Source: Octopus vulgaris (taxonomy: Eukaryota). From it: DNA of 64,000 bases. The position numbers and the translations under genes were made by a program. Shown in pieces: positions 56,336-64,000 of the stretch. Each line of letters begins with the position of its first letter. The first letter of the stretch is position 1. Where the stretch lies: positions 620,001 to 684,000 of the forward strand of contig OX597821.1 of the NCBI GenBank assembly GCA_951406725.2, read 5' to 3'. The notes below the pieces were generated by a model. That model worked only from the letters and a program-made list of their open reading frames with translations. It did no database searches and was not told where the DNA came from.

Positions 56336-56689
56336 TTATTCACATACACATGCATACACACACACACACACGCACACACACGTGTCTGTGCAAGAAAGAG
56401 AGAAAGGGAGAGAGAGTGGGGGAGTGAAAGGAGAAGAAAAAGAGGAATTAGCAGCAGCAGCAATTCCATAAACCCTATGTTGTTGGTTCCAGCATGTCCA
56501 AAGATGGCTGAAGTAAAAAGAGACGCTACAAGGAGCCAGAAGTCCAATTAATTCAGACGCAACGTTCAGAAAACACCTGCTCATGTTAAAGTAGTCTCTT
56601 TTGTTAGGAAGTGATCCATCTTCTAGGTTTGAGGAAATTTATTATTTAATCAATGGCAGAGAATACTTTAATTTGCTAGATTGCCATCC

Positions 56690-57587
56690 TTTGAACCATT
56701 TTAATGCCAACATGTCAGACCAAGACCACTACCTCTCATTTCTATCATACTAAGTCCTCTGCTTCTAAAGTGTTTAAATCAAAACCTTCATTCATAAATT
56801 TATGTAAGGAACTTTGCTAAATTATGTTTCAAACGTCAGTTCAAACCTTTTGATAGCAATCCACCTGAGACTGCGACTGCTTTTAGAATACAACACAACC
56901 AGCTTTAAAATGTTCGTTTTAAAATTAACCCTTTCATTACTATATTTCTATTGAGACACATTACGTTTGTTTTAATTAATTTTGAAAATAGTGATGAATT
57001 TAGTAAAATAACTGTCATTATTAAACTGGTATCTGGACCATAAATCAACCTGGAGATTTCAATAGAAGGTTTGATTACTTTAAAACAGGAATTTTGTATC
57101 ATAGAACCAAAGGCAGTCTCAGGTGAGTTGGTATCAAAATAATTAAAACCTTCTAAATTCATATAAAAACATTTTCATTGAGTCATGTTTTAAACAGTGG
57201 TTTAACCCTTTAAAATATTTGTGTTAAAATACACTGAATGTTTGAATTAATTTAAAAACTAATGAAAATTTAGTAAACAAACTTTGTCATTCTAAATCTG
57301 ATTGTGTGAAACAAACTAATCTAGGAATTTGGATAAAAGGTTTTGATTCATGTCACTTTTAAACAGAAAGTTTGTCTCCTAACACAAATGTTGTCTTGTT
57401 TGTGGTTGGTGTCAAGGGGGTCAATAATTAAAAAAAGTTAATTATATTACTAATTACTTCTGAATTGATGATTCCATTTTGTTTTGTTTCTACAAATTAA
57501 ACCAAACCAAACCAATTTATTTTTCAAAATTAATTAAAATACATAGGGAGTTTATTTCACGAAGGAATCTGGTCACAAGAGGGTTAA
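56690..57587. mobile_element. Cluster of related piggyBac-type MITEs
   Basis: TTAA-CCCTTTCATTAC at 56925 to TTAA at 57143; TTAACCCTTT at 57202; AGGGTTAA at about 57580; bodies resemble 7121-7340. Confidence 0.65.
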
Positions 57588-57851
57588 ATCATGTGACAAG
57601 GTGAATATGCTCGGTAGATTTAATAAGAGAATACAGGTGCATTACTTATTTTTAAAGTCTGGTACTTATACTATTGGTCTCTTTTGCTGAACCGTTAAGT
57701 TGCAGGAACATCAGTCAATGCACATGCACACAGGGCTTCTTTCAGTTTCTGTGTGCCAAATTCACTTATAAGGCTTTAGTTGGCCCAGGGATATAGAAGA
57801 CACTTGCCCAAATTTCTTCACAGCAAGACTGAATCTGAAACCATGTAGTCA

Positions 57852-58290
57852 GGAGACACATGGCTCAGTGGTTATAGTGTCAGGCTCACAATCATGAGGT
57901 TGTGTGTTCAATTCCAGGACCAGGCTGTGTGTTATGTTCTTGAGCAAGACACTTTATTTCACGTTGCTCCAGTTCACTCAGCTGTAGATATGAGTTGCAA
58001 TGTCACTTGTGCCAAGCTGTATCAGTCATTGCCTTTCCCATGGATAACATCGGTGGCACGGAGAGGGGAGGCTGGTATGCATGGGTGACTGCTGGTCTTC
58101 CATAAACCACCTTGCTTGGACTTTATCTTGGAGGGTAGCCTTGTATCGGCCTTTTCCTTGGACAACATTAGTGACATGGAGAGGCGAGGCTGGCATGCAT
58201 GGGTGACTGCTGGTTTTCCCCCTACACAACCTTGCTTGGACTTGTGCCTCAGAGGGGAACTTTCTAGGTGCAATCCCATAGGCATTCGTA
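57852..58290 (+). mobile_element. SINE S3 duplicated subfamily
   Basis: Near-identical to 35368-35820. Confidence 0.88.
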
Positions 58291-58443
58291 AATAAATAGG
58301 GTCTTTCCCTTAGTTTCCATCTACCAAATTCACTCACATGGCATTGAATGAAACTGTGGCTATAATAAAAGAACATTTGTCTAGGATAGGACTGAACCCA
58401 AAAGCACATAGCTGCCAAGTAAGATCCTTACCACACAGTCATG

Positions 58444-60053
58444 ATTGATTCTAGTTTCAGCTCACGAGCTGTGGCCATGCTGGGGCACCACCATTTGGTG
58501 TTTACTTCACGAATGCTTTTTAGCAACTGCCATTTGGTGCATGAGAGAGTTCGATGCAGCTGCCCTCATCTGCACCTCCTGCCATGAAGTTGGTTCATCT
58601 GGGATACCTGACAAGAAGAGATCCAGTTTCATTTTAAAGACATCTGCATCCACCCCATGCAGGTCTCTTAGGTTCTTCGGGAGGATATTGAAGAGCTGTG
58701 GGCCTCGGAAGCCCAGGCTATCACAGAATCTTGTCCTACATCTTGATGGCAAATTTGGAGTCCTTGGCACCACGCAGTGGCGCTCAGTTCTAGCATTTGT
58801 GTAACTCTCGATGCCAAAGTTTGGGACAAGTCCTTCCAGGATCTTCCAGATGTATATTATGGCATATCTTTCTCGCCTACACTCCAAGGAATAGAGTTTT
58901 AATCTCTTGAGTCTTTCCCAGTAGCTTATATGCTGCACAGAGGCTATCTTCTTCGTGTAGCTACGTTGGATCGCCTCAAGTTCTGTGATCAGCTTGACAC
59001 TGGATGGTGACCATAGCTGAGAGCAATAGTCAAAGTGGCTTAGGACAAGTGTCCTCCAGAGGACCATCATGGTTTCTTGTTCTCTTGTTCTAAAGGTTCT
59101 AAGAATCCATCCGGCCTGTCGTCTACATTTCATTGCCAATTTAGCAACATGTACACGAAAGGTTGTGTCATCACTCATGTAAATACCCAGGTCATGCACT
59201 GATTGTGCCTCTGGGATTGCAATTCCTCCGGGTCCAGTGTATTCATTGGGTATTGCATTTAGTTTTGCATGCTGATAGCATAAAGCTTGAAACTTTTCAG
59301 CATTGAACTGCATGCTATTCTTTTCAGCCCACTTGTATATTTTGTCCAGCTCACATTGCAGGCGTTTAGTGTCCTCAGGGTTCTGTATTGCCTGTGAAAC
59401 TTTTGTATCATCTGCATAACTTGTGATCGTGGCTCTCTGCGTGGCTGAGGGCATGTCTGAGAGGGCCACTATGAACAGTAGTGGTCCCAAAACAGTGCCC
59501 TGCGGAACACCGCTCACTATTTGCGTGTTAATGGAAGTGGTCCCATTGGCTACTACCACCTGACTTCTATCTTTCAGAAAGTCATGAAGCCATTCTCCCA
59601 GTTTTCCAACTATGCTAAGATCACGCAGTTTGTGACATATCATTCCATGATCGACTTTATCAAAGGCCTTTGCAAAGTCGAGATATATCACTTCCACATT
59701 TGAGTGGTTGAGCAGTCGTTTCAGCACCCAGTCATAGTGTTGTAGGAGCTGAGTTAAGCAGCTTCTTCCTGGTCGGAAACCATGTTGGGTGTCAGGCAGC
59801 AAGTCATTTTCTTCAAGGAAGGTGATCAGTTTCCTTCTGACTATTCGTTCCATGACCTTGCTGATGTGTGAGGTCAGAGAGATAGGTCTGTAGTTCTAGG
59901 CCTCTGCTCTGCTACCTCCTTTATGAATAGGGCATATTTTACCTTCCTTCAGTTTTCTTGGAAGTTTGCCAGTTGCAAGGAAGCTCTGAAAGAGAGACTG
60001 CGGTGGTCTTGCTAGGACTCTCTTACATACTTTTAGAAGGATTGCCGGGAATC
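58444..60053 (-). mobile_element. 5'-truncated CR1/L2-group LINE inserted in an S1 SINE head
   Basis: RT ORF plus a short 3' UTR ending in AATCAAT; CATG on both sides and the SINE head resumes across the insertion. Confidence 0.85.
58507..59853 (-). CDS. Reverse transcriptase (LINE ORF2 fragment, 448 aa open)
   Basis: QHGFRPGRSC, YLDFAKAFDKVDH, GVPQGTVLGPLLF, YADDTK; C-terminal IPDEPT..RAAASNSL. The frame continues upstream past one stop (KGGSRAEA*NYRPISLTS) to about 60055; no APE domain retained. Confidence 0.9.
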   Translation of the reverse strand: MERIVRRKLITFLEENDLLPDTQHGFRPGRSCLTQLLQHYDWVLKRLLNHSNVEVIYLDFAKAFDKVDHGMICHKLRDLSIVGKLGEWLHDFLKDRSQVVVANGTTSINTQIVSGVPQGTVLGPLLFIVALSDMPSATQRATITSYADDTKVSQAIQNPEDTKRLQCELDKIYKWAEKNSMQFNAEKFQALCYQHAKLNAIPNEYTGPGGIAIPEAQSVHDLGIYMSDDTTFRVHVAKLAMKCRRQAGWILRTFRTREQETMMVLWRTLVLSHFDYCSQLWSPSSVKLITELEAIQRSYTKKIASVQHISYWERLKRLKLYSLECRRERYAIIYIWKILEGLVPNFGIESYTNARTERHCVVPRTPNLPSRCRTRFCDSLGFRGPQLFNILPKNLRDLHGVDADVFKMKLDLFLSGIPDEPTSWQEVQMRAAASNSLMHQMAVAKKHS

Positions 60054-60671
60054 CATGTCTATGTTTGTATAATTTCTTTCTTTCTCAATCTTTAACTTTG
60101 AAGTGTTTATATTTTTCTTTTACCATTCCATATGAAGTGTGCCAATATATATATATATTTTCCTTTTTTTAAAAAAAAAATTGGATTTCTCATGTGCCAA
60201 AAAGTCAAAAAATATTACAGAAGCACAGGTATAAACTGTAGAGAACATTCTGGTATACAACGCAGTCTCTGTGTGAGCCAGAAAACCAGAGTCAGCGCCA
60301 GGTGTACTGAAATTTTATCACTAATTCTTTTCAGTTCTTTTCACTCACCATACAAAGGAAAAGAATCTTGCACAGATGTGTGGGCAAACAGAAAGATTTT
60401 TTTAAAAATTCAGTAAAGCAAAAAAAAGAAAAAAAATCAAAGAAAAGAGAAAAAAAAGACTGCCTTAAACTAATTTAAAACTAATTACGTAACAGGAAAC
60501 TCAAAGACAGCATTTTTTTTTATTATTTCATACTATTTTTACCCCCTTTGAATTTTATTTTCTTTCAGGAATTTTAAAAGAACTAAAAATTTAAAAAAAA
60601 GTGGAAAAGTAATGTAAAAAGAGAAAAGAAAAACCAAATATGGCACCTAAAAAACCCCACAAAAACAGAGC

Positions 60672-60674
<3 letters not shown>

Positions 60675-60755
<81 letters not shown>

Positions 60756-60767
60756 AAGAGAGAGAGA

Positions 60768-60824
<57 letters not shown>

Positions 60825-60855
60825 TGTGTCTGTGTGTGTGTGTGTGTGTGTGTGA
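60675..60855. repeat. (GA)n-(GT)n microsatellite
   Basis: Direct inspection. Confidence 0.97.
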
Positions 60856-61070
60856 GTGTGCGCACAACATTCTACATTTACATCAAACACAAGAATTTTG
60901 TTTCCAGAGACGTATTTCTGCAAATATTTCTTTCGCAAACTTATACTTAACTCATGTTTGCTTACCATTTTCTTTGACTTGTGGATTTGAAATTATCTTT
61001 TTCTCCATCTACATACACTTTGGTCTTCATTCTCATTATTTCTATGTATCATCATCATCCCCATCATCAC

Positions 61071-61107
<37 letters not shown>

Positions 61108-61831
61108 GTTGGAGTTGTTCTTGTCACTGTTATTATTGCATTTCTATGTATCATTATTATTGATGTTGTAGTTGTTCTAATTATTATTGTATATTTTATT
61201 TTTCCATCTTCTGCTATCTCCAATTTCAATGAAATTTAAATGGTTAAATAATTAACACTTGCAATTAGCCATGTATGCAGTTTATTTTCTTCTTTCGCCC
61301 TTTAGTTTCGGGATATGACAAAGAAATAACAAACAAAGCAAAAATGACTGAAATAATCTTCTTCTCTATCTCTCTCTCTTTCACACACATACATATATAT
61401 ATACTGACTAAGCACTAATACACATACATACACAGAGTAAAACGAACATACGCAAGCACACACATACCAAAATGTGCTTTGTACAAATGTGTGCTCATTT
61501 GTGAACAGGACTTAAGCAGACACACACAGAGAGAGACAGACAAGCTAAGACATACATACATACAGAGTAAATGAGATGGTGTACTGTGATAAGGAGACAC
61601 ACAAGAAAGAGACAGAAAGGTTCTTGGAGATGTGAAGGTGATAAAAAAACTCAAGATAATAAAATTAAAAATAGACAGAAAAAAAAACATACAATGTTTA
61701 CATATATCTTAGTGTGTATGATGTAACAGAGACTGGAGAGAGAGAAGTCATATGCTGAGAACTAGAGCTGTGTCTGTGATGTAAATATACTAACATAAAC
61801 CTTAAGGTGACTAACATTCAACGTATAGTGT

Positions 61832-61879
<48 letters not shown>

Positions 61880-62033
61880 CGTGTGTATATATATGTATGT
61901 ATGTATGTAAAAATTTAGATTCAGATGAATATGGTACTTCAGTTGAGGCACCAGAATTTAGTACGGTATTATCCATACAATTTCAAAGTAAGGTGATTAA
62001 AATCAAAATAAGGAACAAGGATATTCAGAGGTA

Positions 62034-62121
62034 ATGCAATACGATCGTTTCATGCAACTCCATTTAATTCAAAAATGCAATCATTACATCATTTTAAAAG
62101 CAGAGCAATCCTCAGCTGCAT
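62034..62121 (-). ncRNA. Hammerhead ribozyme motif, left arm of foldback
   Basis: Minus strand ATGCAG-CTGAGGA-long stem II-GAAA-CGATCG-TA-TTGCAT. Confidence 0.65.
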
Positions 62122-62201
62122 AAAGACATAGAATTTAATTAAATTAGAACAGATGGACACAATAGTATCATTATACCTAATTAATTAAATTCTATGTCTT
62201 T

Positions 62202-62290
62202 ATGCAGCTGAAGATTGCTCTGCATTTTAAATTGATGCAATGATTGCATTGTTCAATTAAATGGAGTTGCATGAAACGACTGTACTGCAT
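62202..62290 (+). ncRNA. Hammerhead ribozyme motif, right arm of foldback
   Basis: ATGCAG-CTGAAGA (62208-62214)-long stem II-GAAA (62273-62276)-CGACT-GTA-CTGCAT; 6-bp stem I. Confidence 0.68.
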
Positions 62291-62467
62291 TACCTATATA
62301 CTATATTTGTATATAGTGAGTCAGCTTTACTTCAACATATACTTGCTTCACAGAGGACACCTGTGCACTGACATGCACCGCTCACATTTCAGCTCTACAC
62401 ATACACAACACATCTAACAGTACTCTTTACCTTTCTACGTATATATATATATATATATATATATATA

Positions 62468-62867
62468 CTAGCAGTATCGCCCGGCATTGCTCGGGTTTGT
62501 AAGGGAAATAACTATATAAGCATTTTTAGAGAGTTATAGCCAAAAAATAACAAAAAACTGCATTAAAAATGGAAAACAAATGATGGTAAATTTTTTTTTA
62601 AATCGTTGACTCATCTTAGACATTTTTAGAGAGTTACTTCCCTTATATAATAGCGAAAAAAATGCATTAAAATGGAAAAAAATTATGGTAAATTTTTTTT
62701 TTAAATCGTAGACTCATCGTAGACGCGCGCTAATACCCAGAAGGGCTCGATACGAATCACAACTATAAGATACCTGGTTTTGGTTAAACTGCACCGCAAA
62801 ATGTGGGAGTAGTTAGGAATCTAAATCGTAGGAGACAGACACACAACTTCTCTTTTATATATAAAGA
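62468..62867 (-). mobile_element. Non-autonomous Helitron, same family as 47193-47681
   Basis: CTAG at 62468, hairpin CCCGGCATTGCTCGGG, TC start at 62867; shared body. Confidence 0.88.
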
Positions 62868-63741
62868 TATGTAATAATAATAAAGGGTAAAATTAATTAA
62901 TCAATTTATAATTTGCACGTAAAATGCACCCACTACACTCACGGAGTGGTTGGCGTTAGGAAGGGCATCCAGCCGTAGAAACACTGCCAAATCTGACTGG
63001 GCCTGATGAAGCCTTCCGGCTTCACAGACCCCAGTTAAACCGTCCAACCCATGCCAGCATGGAAAACGGACGCTAAATGATGATGATGATGATGATGATA
63101 TATATATAGTAGAAATATGTTACGAAAAGAAAATATAAAATACATGTGGAACTGTAAGGGTAAAATATGAGAAATCAACGAAAATGCATATTGAGGATAG
63201 AAAAAGGCTATTTATGACAGGTAACGGCAAATATATACATTTAGATTGACTGAGGTAGTAATACGAGTCATAAAAGTCATTATTATGAGATGATAACTCT
63301 CTCTTAGCATTTGGTTTTCCCTTATCTTAGCTAAGATATCATTGTAGATGTTTTTCATTTTTTCTTTAAACACATTACAATAATTATATTGTGTCTGGGG
63401 AGAGTCATTTTCTTTTTGTGGCCGTTGCCAGCCTTGTCTGGCCCCCGTGCCGGTGGCACGTAAAAAGCACCATCCGATCATGGCCGTTTGCCAGCCTCAT
63501 CTGGCACCTGTGCAGGTGGCACATAAAAAGCACCCACTACACTCTTGGAGTGGTTGGCGTTAGGAAGGGCATCCAGCTGTAGAAACACTGCCAGATCAGA
63601 CTGGGCCTGGCGCAGCCTCCTGGCTTCCCAGACCCCAGTTGAACCGTCCAACCCATGCTAGCATGGAAAACGGACGTTATACGATGATGATGATGATGAT
63701 TATAAGATGATAATAAAGTAAGAGAACAAAACGAACCAATG

Positions 63742-63772
<31 letters not shown>

Positions 63773-64000
63773 GGTGCAGATGTGGCTGTGTGGTAGGAAG
63801 GTTGCTTCTCAAACATATGGTTCTAGGTTCAGTCCCACTGTGTTGCACCTTGGGCAACGGTCTTCTACTACAGCTTCAGGCTGATCAAAGCTTTATAAGT
63901 GGATTTGGTAGATGGAAACTGAAAGAAGCCCGTCATGTGTGTGTATCCCACCACTGTTTCACAACTGGTGTTGATGTGTTTATGTCTGTGTAAGTTAACG

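Noticed and set aside
60230-60365. Possible minus-strand exons in unique sequence
   Set aside because: Weak splice sites and no recognisable peptide.

Overview
AT-rich, microsatellite-saturated animal genomic DNA, most likely intronic or intergenic. The SINE, MITE and LINE repertoire resembles octopus (coleoid cephalopod) genomes; this is inference from recalled repeat families, not a search. No host protein-coding gene can be called with confidence, and nearly all listed ORFs are (TA)n/(CA)n artefacts. Protein-coding remnants are all transposon-derived: a near-full-length decayed HERO-like REL non-LTR retrotransposon (2343-6424, 7-bp TSD), a 5'-truncated CR1/L2-group LINE (58444-60053), a Penelope-like RT/GIY-YIG fragment (about 32500-33240), an RTE C-terminal fragment and a mariner N-terminus. 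Also present: three non-autonomous Helitrons, Helentron-type elements, piggyBac, Tc1 and hAT MITEs, and several SINE-like families, often nested. The most striking signal is a high density of type I hammerhead-ribozyme-like motifs (CUGANGA...GAAA...NUH, palindromic stem III, as in Penelope pLTRs). They lie in short elements mostly embedded in (TA)n tracts, and several form foldbacks with a ribozyme on each arm. A LINE-SINE pair with a shared 3' tail and a compensated hairpin is also visible. All alignments and folds were done by eye, and coordinates of degenerate elements are approximate.
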